In this document: piece by piece, positions 18,262-28,982 of the stretch | Layout: every line of letters begins with the position of its first letter | How positions within the stretch are numbered: position 1 is the first letter of the stretch | Source of the DNA: Pseudomonadota bacterium | GTDB lineage: Bacteria; Desulfobacterota; Desulfobulbia; Desulfobulbales; VMSU01 | Reading direction: 5' to 3' | Assembly: GCA_031400755.1 (NCBI GenBank) | Contig: JANNQL010000246.1 | Location: forward strand, 1,008-65,007 | DNA: 64,000 nucleotides | Program-made: the position numbers and the translations under genes | The notes under the pieces: generated by a model | What the model saw: the letters and a program-made list of their open reading frames with translations, nothing else | Told to the model about the DNA's origin: nothing | Databases searched by the model: none

Positions 18262-20397
18262 ATGGACAACTCCTCGCTTAAAGATGATCGGTCTTATCTA
18301 ATTCAGATTGTTGATGACGATAAAATCCTCAGGCAGGTTCTCAGTATGGGGATGTCAAAGGCCGGATTTTTTACTTCGGAATCGCAAAACGGTGAGGACG
18401 CTGTCAATGATTTCCAGGAATTGATGCCGGACGCCATCCTCCTAGATGTCATGATGCCTGACATGGATGGGTTTGAAGTCTGCACCAGGATCAGGCGCTT
18501 GCCGGGTGGAGAGCGGGTGCCGATCATCATGCTCACCGGTGAGGATGATTATCAGTCGATCAATCAGGCCTTCAATTGCGGGGCCACTGATTTTGTAGTC
18601 AAACCGATTAATCCGTTGTTGCTCAGTTACAAAATTCGCTACATTATCCGGGCGAACCAGGCGATTAGCGATTTGACCATCAGAGATGTCATGCTGGCCT
18701 CGGCCCATGAAATTGCCCATTTGACCAATTGGGAATGGCGACTGTCCGACAACAGCCTCAGTTGGGGTGAGGGTATGTGCAGGTTGATGGGAATTAAGGG
18801 AGATGATGCCCCCAGGACCTACGAGGATTTTCTCAATCTGATCTATCCGGAGGACCGTACGGCAGTGTCCCATGTCATTTTGCAGGCCCTGGAAAGAAAA
18901 TCAGGCATCTTTTTTGAGCATCGTCTGCTGACTGCTGATGGCATTGAGCTTTCTTTCCGGCAGGACGGGACTATTTTGACGGATGCAGACGGGGAGGCGA
19001 CCAAGATTATCTTCACTTGTCAGGATGTTACCCAGTCAAAGCTCAATGAACAGAAAATAAAATTTCTGGCATACTATGACCGTTTGACCGGACTGCCGAA
19101 CCGCTTTCTCTTTAAGGAGCATCTGGCCAAGGCCCTGGCCAATTGTAAACGTAATTGTCAGTTTCTGTCGGTCATCTTTGTTGATATTGATAGTTTTCGC
19201 AGTATTAATGACACCTTTGGTCGCGAGGTGGGAGACAAGGTCCTGAAGTTGATTTCCTCCCGTTTGCGTGAATGTCTTCGCCGCTCGGACACTGCGGGCA
19301 GTGTCAGCGAAAATGAGATCACCGCCCGTTTCGGCGCCGACGAGTTCGGCATCATCCTTGAGGGACTGAGAGACATGGCGGATGCGGCGATTGTCGCACG
19401 CCGGGTCATTGATTCCCTGACCAAGATGGTCACCTTGGACGATAATGAGATTTTTCTTAATTGCCGCGTCGGGGTGTCAGTCTATCCCGATAATGGCGAG
19501 ACTGTTGATGAGTTGATGAAGAGCGCCGACTCTGCATTGTCAAGCGCCAAGGAACTGGAACGCAACAGCTATCAATTTTATACCGCAGAATTAAACACCA
19601 AGGCCTTTGCCCGATTCGCCTTGGAAAGAAGCTTGCGGAGGGCGGTGGAAAAGCAGGAATTTATCTTGGCCTACCAGCCTCAGGTGAAGTTGTCCACCGG
19701 CAAGGTGACAGGGGTCGAGGCCCTGATTCGTTGGGTCCATCCCGAGTTAGGGATTGTCTCGCCCATGGATTTTATCCCCTTGGCCGAGGATACCGGGCTG
19801 ATTGTGCCTATTGGCGAGTGGGTCCTGCGGACAGCCTGCGCCCAGAGCAAGGCCTGGTCTGATGCTGGACATTTCATAAAGGTGGCAGTCAATCTGTCCG
19901 CCGGTCAGTTCAGGGATGATAAGCTGCTCAGCATGATTAGCGGGGTATTGGCCGAAACTAAGGTAAGGCCGGAGTTGATCGAGCTTGAGATTACTGAATC
20001 CATGCTGATGGACAATATCGAGGGCAGCATTCATCGGCTTGACCAGCTCAGTCAATTTGGATGCCGATTATCCATTGACGATTTTGGCACCGGCTACTCA
20101 TCGCTCAATTATTTGAAGCGATTCCCGGTGGATGTGCTGAAGATTGACCGCTCTTTTGTCAGTGATCTGGCCCATAGTGAAGATGACGCCATGATCGTCA
20201 AGGCCATTGTCACCCTGGCCCATAACCTCAACCTTGAGGTGGTGGCAGAAGGAGTGGAAAGCCGAGAACATCTGACCTATCTTTCATACCTGGGATGTGA
20301 CCTTATTCAGGGCTATCTGGTCAGCAAGCCGGTAGCAGTGGACAAGGTGGAGCACTTCTTCGGGGATTGGACGCTCAACGACCTGGCTACGTCATAG
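18262..20397 (+). CDS. Response-regulator receiver - PAS - GGDEF (degenerate GADEF) - EAL protein; probable c-di-GMP phosphodiesterase
   Basis: 711 aa; LLDVMMPDMDG receiver, RFGADEFGIIL, EALIRW, DDFGTGYSSL. Confidence 0.9.
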   Translation: MDNSSLKDDRSYLIQIVDDDKILRQVLSMGMSKAGFFTSESQNGEDAVNDFQELMPDAILLDVMMPDMDGFEVCTRIRRLPGGERVPIIMLTGEDDYQSINQAFNCGATDFVVKPINPLLLSYKIRYIIRANQAISDLTIRDVMLASAHEIAHLTNWEWRLSDNSLSWGEGMCRLMGIKGDDAPRTYEDFLNLIYPEDRTAVSHVILQALERKSGIFFEHRLLTADGIELSFRQDGTILTDADGEATKIIFTCQDVTQSKLNEQKIKFLAYYDRLTGLPNRFLFKEHLAKALANCKRNCQFLSVIFVDIDSFRSINDTFGREVGDKVLKLISSRLRECLRRSDTAGSVSENEITARFGADEFGIILEGLRDMADAAIVARRVIDSLTKMVTLDDNEIFLNCRVGVSVYPDNGETVDELMKSADSALSSAKELERNSYQFYTAELNTKAFARFALERSLRRAVEKQEFILAYQPQVKLSTGKVTGVEALIRWVHPELGIVSPMDFIPLAEDTGLIVPIGEWVLRTACAQSKAWSDAGHFIKVAVNLSAGQFRDDKLLSMISGVLAETKVRPELIELEITESMLMDNIEGSIHRLDQLSQFGCRLSIDDFGTGYSSLNYLKRFPVDVLKIDRSFVSDLAHSEDDAMIVKAIVTLAHNLNLEVVAEGVESREHLTYLSYLGCDLIQGYLVSKPVAVDKVEHFFGDWTLNDLATS

Positions 20398-20504
20398 GCC
20401 GACCCAACTGCTTATAAGACCCGCCTCGGGCCGGTCTCCCACTTTTCCCCGCCAGCACCAAACCCATCTATACTGCACTCAGTCCTGATTAACTACACAG
20501 GGTT

Positions 20505-20816
20505 TCATTCTTTCTTGGATTTCTTTTCCGGCACTTCAAAGACAAGTTCGTTCTTCTTTAACATGCCTAATTTTTGGCGGGCAATCTTTTCGACGTAGTT
20601 TGAGTCGTTTTTAAGCAGGGTTATTTCTTCTTCTAGTTCTTGGTTTTTTGCCTTCAACTCACTGATTTCACTGTTGACCTGGTTGAGGTTTTCGCGCAGC
20701 ACCAGATAGTTGTGGTAGCCATAGGGCGAGTAGTGCAGCAGCATAAAAAAAAGGAACATGACCACACCGATAATGATGATGAAAGTCCTGTGTCTTTGGA
20801 TGGTTGAAGGCGGCAT
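20505..20816 (-). CDS. ftsB: Septum formation initiator FtsB/DivIC family
   Basis: One TM helix plus a leucine-zipper coiled coil, then YVEKIARQKLGMLKKNE. Start placed at MPPSTIQ. Confidence 0.6.
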   Translation of the reverse strand: MPPSTIQRHRTFIIIIGVVMFLFFMLLHYSPYGYHNYLVLRENLNQVNSEISELKAKNQELEEEITLLKNDSNYVEKIARQKLGMLKKNELVFEVPEKKSKKE

Positions 20817-20835
20817 GTTTTTGAGCTGGACGAAG

Positions 20836-21426
20836 TTATGGAGTCTGTTCTGTTGTCTGCGGTGAGGGTGGGGTGTACAAGAATTTGACCCGTTCACCGA
20901 CCCGCAGGTAACCGCTCTCGTGGTTGTACATAAACGAGGTGCCGTTAATGTTGAAACCCTTACCCGTCAATTCGACTTCAGCCGCGCCCTTGAAGGTCGC
21001 GAACCTGGTCAGGTAACGCATGGCCGGGGTCTTGACCACCAGGTCCGCAGTTTGCACCACCACATCATCCAGCATAGTGAGGATATCTTGATTGGGATCA
21101 TAGTGGGCGCTGCCGCCGGTGATGCGGAAAGGGCTTGGCCCCAGTCGTTTCGCATCGGCTTGTTCCAGATCGAACCCCTGGCTGTCATCTGCGCCGTACA
21201 GACGTTTGGCGTGCAGGAGTAAATCATCGACCCCTTGTTTGACCTGGAGAAATACGACATCTTCCATCATGAAGCTGGAATCCTGATGAGCAGGGGCCTT
21301 CATTGATAATCTTTGTTCCAGGCTCAGGAATTTTGATGCCGCGCCATGCCAAAGGGGGGAGGTCAACAGGATGATTATGGGCAGCTGCCAGAAAAGTTGT
21401 CTTGCCTTCATTTGATGGCGGCTCAC
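20836..21426 (-). CDS. lptC: LptC-like LPS export protein
   Basis: 196 aa, N-terminal TM anchor, beta-rich. Sits directly downstream of kdsC with a 4-nt overlap (kdsC-lptC synteny). Confidence 0.55.
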   Translation of the reverse strand: MSRHQMKARQLFWQLPIIILLTSPLWHGAASKFLSLEQRLSMKAPAHQDSSFMMEDVVFLQVKQGVDDLLLHAKRLYGADDSQGFDLEQADAKRLGPSPFRITGGSAHYDPNQDILTMLDDVVVQTADLVVKTPAMRYLTRFATFKGAAEVELTGKGFNINGTSFMYNHESGYLRVGERVKFLYTPPSPQTTEQTP

Positions 21427-22079
21427 GTCCTCGTCAGGTATTCGGTGAGTAAGTCCTGTCGGCGACCTTTGGCTTCAATGATCAGATCGCAGAGCTCGCG
21501 TACCGCGCCACGGCCGCCTGGGTTCTGGGCCACAAAATGGACCAAAGGCCTGAGTTCCGGCATGCCATCGGCCACAGTGGCGGCCAGGCCCACCTGACTC
21601 AACACCGGCAGGTCCAGCCAGTCATCGCCCATGAAGGCGACTTCCTGCGGGCTGAGCTTCAAGTCGTTGACCAGGGAATTGAAAACTTCCAGCTTATGGC
21701 GCGTCCCCTGGAAGACATGGGTCAGCTTGAGGTCGTGGGCGCGGCGCTTGACGGCCTCGGATTGGCGGGCGGTAATCAGGCCAATTTCAACCCCGATTTT
21801 TTGGAGCATGCTCATGCCGAAACCATCACGGCAATGAAAGGTCTTAATCTCATCGCCGCTATGGGTGTATGTGATGGAGCCATCGGTCAATACGCCATCG
21901 ACATCAAGGAGCAGCAGTTTGATGGGTTTGGCCCGCTTGAGGCAGGCTTGTCGGCTTAATGGGCCGCTCTTGCCGCCATGGCGGGCAAAGGCCCGCTCCC
22001 GCAGAAATTCGGTGAATTGGCAATCGCCCGGATAGGGATTCTCAGGAGTGCCGTTGCCACAACTTTCATGTTCGTTCAT
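21423..22079 (-). CDS. kdsC: KDO 8-phosphate phosphatase KdsC (HAD), with a longer N-terminal extension than I expect for KdsC
   Basis: LLLLDVDGVLTDG, GDDWLDLPV; overlaps the kdsA stop. Confidence 0.8.
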   Translation of the reverse strand: MNEHESCGNGTPENPYPGDCQFTEFLRERAFARHGGKSGPLSRQACLKRAKPIKLLLLDVDGVLTDGSITYTHSGDEIKTFHCRDGFGMSMLQKIGVEIGLITARQSEAVKRRAHDLKLTHVFQGTRHKLEVFNSLVNDLKLSPQEVAFMGDDWLDLPVLSQVGLAATVADGMPELRPLVHFVAQNPGGRGAVRELCDLIIEAKGRRQDLLTEYLTRT

Positions 22080-22894
22080 GGTTGCACCACTTGGTGGATT
22101 GCCAGTAATTGGGCCAGCAGAGGCTCCACCTGGTCTAAGGGCATGGAGTTGGGGCCATCACAGAGGGCCTGGTCAGGGTCAGGGTGGACCTCCATAAAAA
22201 TGCCGTCAATGCCGCAGGCCACTGCGGCCCGGGCCAGGGGCGGGATAAACTGGCGTTGGCCGTCGGAACTTCCTCCGGCCCCGCCTGGCAGTTGTACACT
22301 GTGGGTGGCGTCATAGATGACCGGGCAACCGAGACTCCTGAGCACAGGAAAAGACCGCATGTCCACCACCAGATTATTATAGCCGAAGCTCGCGCCTCTT
22401 TCCAGCAGGAGCAAATTGGCATTGCCGGACTCCTTGATCTTTTTGACGGCGTACTCCATGTCCCAGGGCGACATGAATTGCCCCTTTTTTAAGGAAATAG
22501 CCTTGCCGGTCCGGGCTGCGGCCACCAGCAGATCAGTCTGTCGGCAGAGGAAGGCGGGGATTTGGATGAGGTCTAAGGTGTCGCTGACATCATTCACCTG
22601 TGCGACATCATGGACATCGGACACCACCGGGATGCCCATGGCCTTGATCTTCTGAAATATTTCCATTCCCCTCAGCAGCCCTGGCCCGCGAAAGGCGTTA
22701 AGCGAGGTGCGGTTGGCCTTGTCAAATGATGCCTTAAAGACGTAGGAGAGGCCGAGGCGGGCACTGACCTCGGCCAGGGTCGTGGCCACCAGGACCGCCA
22801 TTTCTTCCGATTCCAGGACGCAGGGGCCGGCGATCAACAAAAAAGGCCGGCCTGGGCCGACCTCAATCGTGTCATGAATTCTAACGACATCCAT
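22076..22894 (-). CDS. kdsA: 2-dehydro-3-deoxyphosphooctonate aldolase (KDO8P synthase)
   Basis: 272 aa; LIAGPCVLES, FKASFDKANR, IYDATHSVQLPGG. Confidence 0.92.
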   Translation of the reverse strand: MDVVRIHDTIEVGPGRPFLLIAGPCVLESEEMAVLVATTLAEVSARLGLSYVFKASFDKANRTSLNAFRGPGLLRGMEIFQKIKAMGIPVVSDVHDVAQVNDVSDTLDLIQIPAFLCRQTDLLVAAARTGKAISLKKGQFMSPWDMEYAVKKIKESGNANLLLLERGASFGYNNLVVDMRSFPVLRSLGCPVIYDATHSVQLPGGAGGSSDGQRQFIPPLARAAVACGIDGIFMEVHPDPDQALCDGPNSMPLDQVEPLLAQLLAIHQVVQP

Positions 22895-22896
22895 GC

Positions 22897-24549
22897 TCAG
22901 GCCCGGTTAGCCATGGCGGCTTTGATGAAATCCTTGAACAAGGGATGCGGCTTCATGGGCGACGACTTGAACTCAGGGTGAAACTGGCAGCCCAAAAACC
23001 AGGGGTGATCGTTGATCTCGACAATTTCGACCAAGGTGTTGTCCGGCGAGGTGCCGCTGATGATCAGGCCGTTTTCCAGCAACTGCTCCCGGAAGTCGTT
23101 GTTAAATTCATAGCGGTGGCGATGACGTTCGCTGATGTTCTCCTCGCCATAGGCCAGCCTGGCAAAGGAGCCTTCCGTCATCCGGCAGGGGTAGGCCCCC
23201 AGGCGCAGCGAGCCACCCATGTCGGTCTTTTCATCGCGGACCTGAATCGTGTCCGTACGGTAATCGTACCATTCCTTCATCAGGTAAATCACCGGATGCG
23301 AGGTCTCTTGAGTGAACTCGTGGCTGGTGGCGTCGGGCATGCCGGCGATATTTCTGGCAAATTCAATCACGGCCAGTTGCATACCTAGGCAGATGCCGAA
23401 AAAAGGCACCTTTTTGGTCCTGGCATAGGTGATGGCGTTGATCTTGCCCTCCACGCCCCGATAGCCAAAGCCGCCTGGGACCAGGATGCCATCAATGCCG
23501 TTTAGTAAGTCGCCTGCCTTCTGCTGTTCAAGGTCTTCAGCGCTGACATAGCGCAGATTGACTTTGGCATCGTTCGCCACCCCGCCATGGACCAGGGCCT
23601 CGTGCAGGCTCTTATACGATTCGGTCAAATCGACGTATTTGCCGATAATGCCGATGGTCACCTGGTGCGTCGGGTTTTTGATCTTGTCGATCAGTTGTTC
23701 CCAGTTATCGAGACGCGGGGCGCCGGTCCAGATATTTAAGTGCTTAAGTATTTTATCATCAAGGCCCTCGCGGTGGAAGTAAAGGGGCACCTCGTAGATG
23801 CTGGCCACGTCCTGGGCGGTGATGACATCGCTGGCGTCAACATTACAAAACAGCGCGATCTTGGCCTTGATTTCCTTGGAGAGCTGGGTCTCGGTCCGGC
23901 AGAGCAGGATGTCCGGTTGGATGCCGATGGCCCGCAATTCCTTGACGCTGTGCTGGGTCGGTTTGGTCTTGACCTCGCCGGCCGTCTTGATATAGGGGAC
24001 CCAGGTGACATGAATGAACAGGGCGTTTTCGCGGCCATGATCGATCCTGAACTGGCGGATGGCTTCCAGAAATGGCTGGCCTTCGATATCGCCGATGGTG
24101 CCGCCGATCTCAATGATGGCGACATCTACCGAGCCGTCCAGTTGGAGGATTGCTTCCTTGATCTCGTCGGTGATGTGGGGGATGACCTGGACGGTGCCGC
24201 CCTGGTACTGCCCACGCCGTTCCTTGGTGATGACTGAATAATAGATCCGGCCCGAGGTGTAGTTGTTGACCTGGCCCAGGACCGCAGAGGAGAAGCGCTC
24301 GTAATGGCCGAGATCGAGATCGGTCTCAGCGCCGTCATCGGTGACATAGACCTCGCCGTGCTGGAAGGGGTTCATGGTGCCGGGATCGACGTTGATATAG
24401 GGGTCGAGTTTCTGGAAGGTTATCTTTAGGCCACGGCTTTCCAGCAGGGCGCCGATGGAGGCGGCGGCCAGGCCTTTGCCGAGGGAGGACAGGACGCCGC
24501 CGGTGATAAAGATAAACTTGGTCGTGGATTTATGTTTGGATGTTTTCAT
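22897..24549 (-). CDS. pyrG: CTP synthase
   Basis: 550 aa; [20 protein letters not shown] glutaminase Cys, QFHPEF. Confidence 0.95.
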   Translation of the reverse strand: MKTSKHKSTTKFIFITGGVLSSLGKGLAAASIGALLESRGLKITFQKLDPYINVDPGTMNPFQHGEVYVTDDGAETDLDLGHYERFSSAVLGQVNNYTSGRIYYSVITKERRGQYQGGTVQVIPHITDEIKEAILQLDGSVDVAIIEIGGTIGDIEGQPFLEAIRQFRIDHGRENALFIHVTWVPYIKTAGEVKTKPTQHSVKELRAIGIQPDILLCRTETQLSKEIKAKIALFCNVDASDVITAQDVASIYEVPLYFHREGLDDKILKHLNIWTGAPRLDNWEQLIDKIKNPTHQVTIGIIGKYVDLTESYKSLHEALVHGGVANDAKVNLRYVSAEDLEQQKAGDLLNGIDGILVPGGFGYRGVEGKINAITYARTKKVPFFGICLGMQLAVIEFARNIAGMPDATSHEFTQETSHPVIYLMKEWYDYRTDTIQVRDEKTDMGGSLRLGAYPCRMTEGSFARLAYGEENISERHRHRYEFNNDFREQLLENGLIISGTSPDNTLVEIVEINDHPWFLGCQFHPEFKSSPMKPHPLFKDFIKAAMANRA

Positions 24550-24847
24550 GGGCGCACATTATAATTTCTGGTGAGGTTTTGTCATTAAAAAAAAGGAATA
24601 TTTCGTTGAGTTGAAGATTCCATCAGTCTTGGGGGCTGGAATGCCATGTCCTGAGGTTTACCGCTTCAAGAGTAAACCAGTCTCCGCTAAAATCATAGCA
24701 ATTTTACCCAGGAGTAATCGTCAAGGCTTTTCCCCTTGACCATGAACTTGCCACAGTTTACATCGTTTGTTTGATGTGACTACTCAGCGATTCACGCTGC
24801 AAGCGGCGATTTATCATAAAGTAACTTGGTTGAACTCGCAAAACGCC

Positions 24848-24924
24848 GTCACCCCGGCGAAAGCCGGGGTCCAGATTGGTTGCCAGCCACCGAAACACTG
24901 GATTCCGGCCTTCGCCGGAATGAC
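24848..24924. repeat. Two GTCA...TCCAG GC-hairpin repeats
   Basis: GTCACCCCGGCGAAAGCCGGGGTCCAG (24848..24874) and, inverted, CTGGATTCCGGCCTTCGCCGGAATGAC (24898..24924). Confidence 0.6.
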
Positions 24925-24950
24925 GGATAAAAATGAAGTTACTTGGAAGG

Positions 24951-24989
24951 TTGTTTAGGCTATAGGCTGAAGGCTGTTAGGCAAAAAGC
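24951..24989. repeat. Heptamer-phased GGCTGAAG repeat copy
   Basis: TTGTTTAGGCTATAGGCTGAAGGCTGTTAGGCAAAAAGC. Confidence 0.5.
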
Positions 24990-25043
24990 AGACCAAATGA
25001 AAACATTAAACTTCTAAGATTTCGACCACAACTCAATGGCTCC

Positions 25044-26525
25044 GTGCTGAAACATATTATCCTGCCTATCCTCGCTGTCATGTCCTTGGTTGCCGGCTGC
25101 TCAAATAATAGCGGCACATCTAATGATGCCACGACCAGGAGCGACGTCTCCGGCGATAAGGTCAAACCTCAACCTGTTCATGGCTGTCGTGGCTGTCATC
25201 CATTGACAATGGGTCGGAACCACGATTTTTCTTGTGACGATTGCCACGATGGCGATGTCAAGGCCAGCGCCAAGGATGCCGCCCATGCCGGTCTGGTCGG
25301 GCAACCGGCCCACCCGGACCGCATGACTGCCATCTGTGGCCGATGTCATGGGGCAATTGTTAGGCAAGCGGCAAGTGCCCTCCATTTCACAGTTGCCAAC
25401 GAAATCAATCTGATACGCCAAGCCTTTGGGGCAAAGGAAGGCGTGGCCTCGCTCACCGCCATTCCGCAGCACATTTTGCCGACGTCTCCGTTACAATTGG
25501 CCGATGATCTCCTTAGGCGTCGATGTCTGCGCTGCCATCTTTACGCAGCAGGGGACAGCTATCCCGCCACCCGGCATGGGACCGGCTGCGCCGCCTGTCA
25601 TCTTGCCTTTGTGGGCGGCAGGCTCAGCGATCATCAATTTCTGTCCCGACCCACAGATCAGCAATGTTTGAGCTGTCATTACGGTAACCGGGTTGGCGCT
25701 GATTATTACGGACGCTTTGAGCATGATTTAAATTGGGACTACCGCACTCCATTTCAGGCCGCGAAAGGAGAGGCGATCCAACCCTATGGGGTCGGCTATC
25801 ATCAACTGAGCCCTGACCTTCATCAACAAGCCGGTATGACATGTGTAGATTGCCATAATGGTCAGGAGTTGATGGCGGGCGGTCCTCGCCTGACCTGTCG
25901 TGACTGTCATGATGCCCACCTTGCTCAAAGTGCGCCGTCATCTTTGACTGAGACCGATGGCCGCCGTCTGTTGACGACTGTATCAACCGGCAAGCGCTTG
26001 GAGGTCCCGCTGATGAAAGACCTGGCCCATGGCCGTTATGGGGCAAAGGTGGCATGCCAGGTCTGCCACGGCCAATGGAGTTTTGCCGATCATGGCAATC
26101 ATCTCCTGCGTCAGGACGACCCTGACTACGAACCGTGGCAGGCCCTGACCCGACAGGGCAATGCTGAAATCGAGACAAAACTTGAGGCGGTGCTGTTTCA
26201 AGACGGGGCCGCCAGCGAGGCGACCATGACCGATGGCATTACCGGCAGCCCTTCGCCTGGAATCTGGTTGCAGGCTTATGAACTAAGGCGTTGGGAGGAG
26301 ATTAATACCTGCCTCGACGGTCAAGGTGTTCTCCAGGTCTGCCGCCCTATCCTTGACTTGCACCTCTCTTATGTCAATCAGGATGGCGAGGTGGTCTTCG
26401 ACGGAGTGCGTCCCCTTGCCGGCACCCAGATCATGCTGCCTTACACGCCGCACACCACCGGTCGGGCCGGGGCATTCTACCAACAACGACTTATTCCCTC
26501 GCTCGGGGTATCCTTAGTAAGATGA
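25044..26525 (+). CDS. Nine-haem c-type cytochrome lipoprotein
   Basis: GTG start; lipobox LVAGC. Nine CxxCH motifs: CRGCH, CDDCH, CGRCH, CLRCH, CAACH, CLSCH, CVDCH, CRDCH, CQVCH. The last ~150 aa are haem-free. Confidence 0.85.
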   Translation: MLKHIILPILAVMSLVAGCSNNSGTSNDATTRSDVSGDKVKPQPVHGCRGCHPLTMGRNHDFSCDDCHDGDVKASAKDAAHAGLVGQPAHPDRMTAICGRCHGAIVRQAASALHFTVANEINLIRQAFGAKEGVASLTAIPQHILPTSPLQLADDLLRRRCLRCHLYAAGDSYPATRHGTGCAACHLAFVGGRLSDHQFLSRPTDQQCLSCHYGNRVGADYYGRFEHDLNWDYRTPFQAAKGEAIQPYGVGYHQLSPDLHQQAGMTCVDCHNGQELMAGGPRLTCRDCHDAHLAQSAPSSLTETDGRRLLTTVSTGKRLEVPLMKDLAHGRYGAKVACQVCHGQWSFADHGNHLLRQDDPDYEPWQALTRQGNAEIETKLEAVLFQDGAASEATMTDGITGSPSPGIWLQAYELRRWEEINTCLDGQGVLQVCRPILDLHLSYVNQDGEVVFDGVRPLAGTQIMLPYTPHTTGRAGAFYQQRLIPSLGVSLVR

Positions 26526-27331
26526 AAATAATAAAGATTTTAGCCCTGTTAATGGTTGTGCTGCCGGTCTTGTTGATTCAGGGCTGCGGCAATAAGGTGA
26601 TTCGGGGCTATCCGCCAAAAGAACCGGTCCCTGCCAAGCAAATTCCGGCCAAACAGGGACAGGATCGAACTCGGATTCCTCCCACCCAGAGACCCTATGT
26701 CATCGACGGCAAGACCTATTATCCAATCCCCACCGCTTATGGCTATGAGGAGAAAGGCATTGCTTCCTGGTACGGCCCCCAATTCCATGGCAAGAAGACC
26801 TCCAATGGCGAAACCTACGATATGCACGGCCTGACTGCGGCCCACAAGGTCTTGCCGATGAATACCCATGTCCTGGTCAATAATCTGGAGAGCGGCAAGG
26901 AGATGGTCTTGCGGGTCAACGACCGGGGGCCATTTGTCAAAGACCGGATCATTGATTTGAGCTTTGGCGCCGCCAAGATCCTGGGCTTGGACGGTCCGGG
27001 TACCGCCATGGTAAGGGTCACCGCCCTGGGCGAGGCCGAGCGGACAACAGTTGGCGGCCAAAGTCGGGAGCGTTTTGTGCCGTATCAGAACTTTAACGAG
27101 GGGGAATTTTTTGTGCAGATCGGGGCCTTTGCCAATAAGGATAACGCCGACCGTTTAAAGGAAGTAATACTTGGGCAGGGCAGCAAGGCAGAATCCCAGG
27201 TCTATGATCGGGAAGACGGCAGCCGCTATTATCGGGTACAGGTGTGGGCAGGGAGTGCCCTTGATGAGGCCCGGAAAGCTGAGCAGGGCTTGGGAGTTCG
27301 CTATCCGGGGGCCTTTGTTGTCGCCAGGTAA
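26522..27331 (+). CDS. rlpA: Septal ring lytic transglycosylase RlpA (DPBB + SPOR)
   Basis: Lipobox IQGC; ASWYGPQFHGKKTSNGETYD, VNDRGPF. C-terminal SPOR domain (FVQIGAFANKDNA...YRVQV). Confidence 0.85.
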   Translation: MKIIKILALLMVVLPVLLIQGCGNKVIRGYPPKEPVPAKQIPAKQGQDRTRIPPTQRPYVIDGKTYYPIPTAYGYEEKGIASWYGPQFHGKKTSNGETYDMHGLTAAHKVLPMNTHVLVNNLESGKEMVLRVNDRGPFVKDRIIDLSFGAAKILGLDGPGTAMVRVTALGEAERTTVGGQSRERFVPYQNFNEGEFFVQIGAFANKDNADRLKEVILGQGSKAESQVYDREDGSRYYRVQVWAGSALDEARKAEQGLGVRYPGAFVVAR

Positions 27332-27346
27332 TCAGCTCGAAGCCGA

Positions 27347-28750
27347 TCAGTCCAGGATATATCGGTTTTTGCCAGACTCTTTGGCTTGGTAAAGATTTTT
27401 ATCGGCCCGTTTGAGGAAAGAATCAGGCGTGTCATCAGGCCTGAATTGGGTCAGGCCGAGGCTGACGGTCTTGTTGACCTTTTCGCCGTTATTGGGACAA
27501 AAATCATGGACTGCGAAATTGAGTCGGATTCGCTCCGCCACCGTGATGGCGTTCTTGCTGATGGTGGCTGGCAGGATTACGGTAAATTCCTCGCCGCCAT
27601 AGCGGTGGCCGCAGTCAAGGGAGCGGATACTCATGCGAATGATTTGCCCCATGGCTTCCAGGACGCGGTCACCTTCAGCATGGCCGTAGGTGTCATTGAA
27701 ATGCTTGAAATTATCGATGTCCATGATGATCATGGACAAGGGGTGACTATAGCGCTTGGCCCGGTCACTCTCGTGGCGCAGGATCTCGTTGAAATGACGT
27801 TTATTGAAGAGACCAGTCAACTCATCGACAATGCTGAGTTCCTTGTAGCGGCCCTCGCTCTCCTTCAGCGCCGCCTCGGCTTGGACCTGGGTGGTGATGT
27901 CGGTGACATGTTCGACCATGCCCAGCAGTTCCCCGACCAGCCCCCGGAATGGAGTGGAAACGACACTGTAAAAGATTTTTTCGCCGGTTATGGTCTCCTT
28001 TTGCACCAGACTTTCCACCCGTTTTTCACCATTTTTAATTTTGGTCAACGGGCAGTCCGTGGTGTGGCACATTGTGGAGTGAAAGACCTCATAGCATTTT
28101 TTGCTTTTGATATCGGTATCAACGGTAGCGTTGGCCATTGCCATGAAGGTGTCATTGTGCCGGATGATTTTGCAATCATTGTTGATTAGGGCAATTCCGC
28201 CGGCCACGGTCTTGAAGATCTGATTGATCTCGACATAGGCCTGTTCCGCCTCCATCGCCAATTGATTGGCCCGTTCGATGGACTCCTCCAATTGGTGGTT
28301 GACGTTTTCAAGGTCATTTTTGTATTGATCAATTATGGTAACGGCTTGTTCAATGGCCAAGAGATCGACCATGCCCTGCTTGGCGATGCCCAGCCAATCC
28401 GCGATGCTGGAGTCCTGAATTGGCTGACTCATGCAAAAGCTGGCCCCGGCCTTCAAGGCCTTTTTTGGGTCCATGGTCGGGGCCTGATTGGCCACCATGA
28501 GTATGGTGCAGTAATTGCCCATGGCGGAGGCTCTGATCTGTTGGCACAGGGTCAGCGCGGCCCCATCCGGCAAGTGCGATTCAACGATGACTAAGCGGGG
28601 TGATTCCTTTTGGAAGGCAGACCAGCCGGCCTTTACTGAAGAGCATGACTGGACGCGAAAGCCAAAGGCCAGGGCGCTTTCTTCCAGTTCCTTTCTTACC
28701 TCAGGATGGTCTTCAATAATCAGTACTTTTGGTCCCTTATCTTCTATCAT
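27347..28750 (-). CDS. Response-regulator receiver - PAS - GGDEF diguanylate cyclase
   Basis: 467 aa; VLIIEDHPE receiver, RYGGEEFTVILP. Confidence 0.9.
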   Translation of the reverse strand: MIEDKGPKVLIIEDHPEVRKELEESALAFGFRVQSCSSVKAGWSAFQKESPRLVIVESHLPDGAALTLCQQIRASAMGNYCTILMVANQAPTMDPKKALKAGASFCMSQPIQDSSIADWLGIAKQGMVDLLAIEQAVTIIDQYKNDLENVNHQLEESIERANQLAMEAEQAYVEINQIFKTVAGGIALINNDCKIIRHNDTFMAMANATVDTDIKSKKCYEVFHSTMCHTTDCPLTKIKNGEKRVESLVQKETITGEKIFYSVVSTPFRGLVGELLGMVEHVTDITTQVQAEAALKESEGRYKELSIVDELTGLFNKRHFNEILRHESDRAKRYSHPLSMIIMDIDNFKHFNDTYGHAEGDRVLEAMGQIIRMSIRSLDCGHRYGGEEFTVILPATISKNAITVAERIRLNFAVHDFCPNNGEKVNKTVSLGLTQFRPDDTPDSFLKRADKNLYQAKESGKNRYILD

Positions 28751-28982
28751 TATGATAATTGGGTTGTTGTCTAGTGAAATGAGCCAATTAAATAAAGGTG
28801 TTAGCGGGTTGCGCCCATAAAATTTTAGCCATTTTCAAAAGTATAGCATAACCGAAAATAAAATTTCTAATATATTTCTAATAAATTGTTTAACGCTATC
28901 ATTTTTTCCTTGGGTTACCGACGACGCTCAAATTGGATTTTTTTTCCTTTTTGCCGCAGCGATTTTTTATGTTCACCACCAG

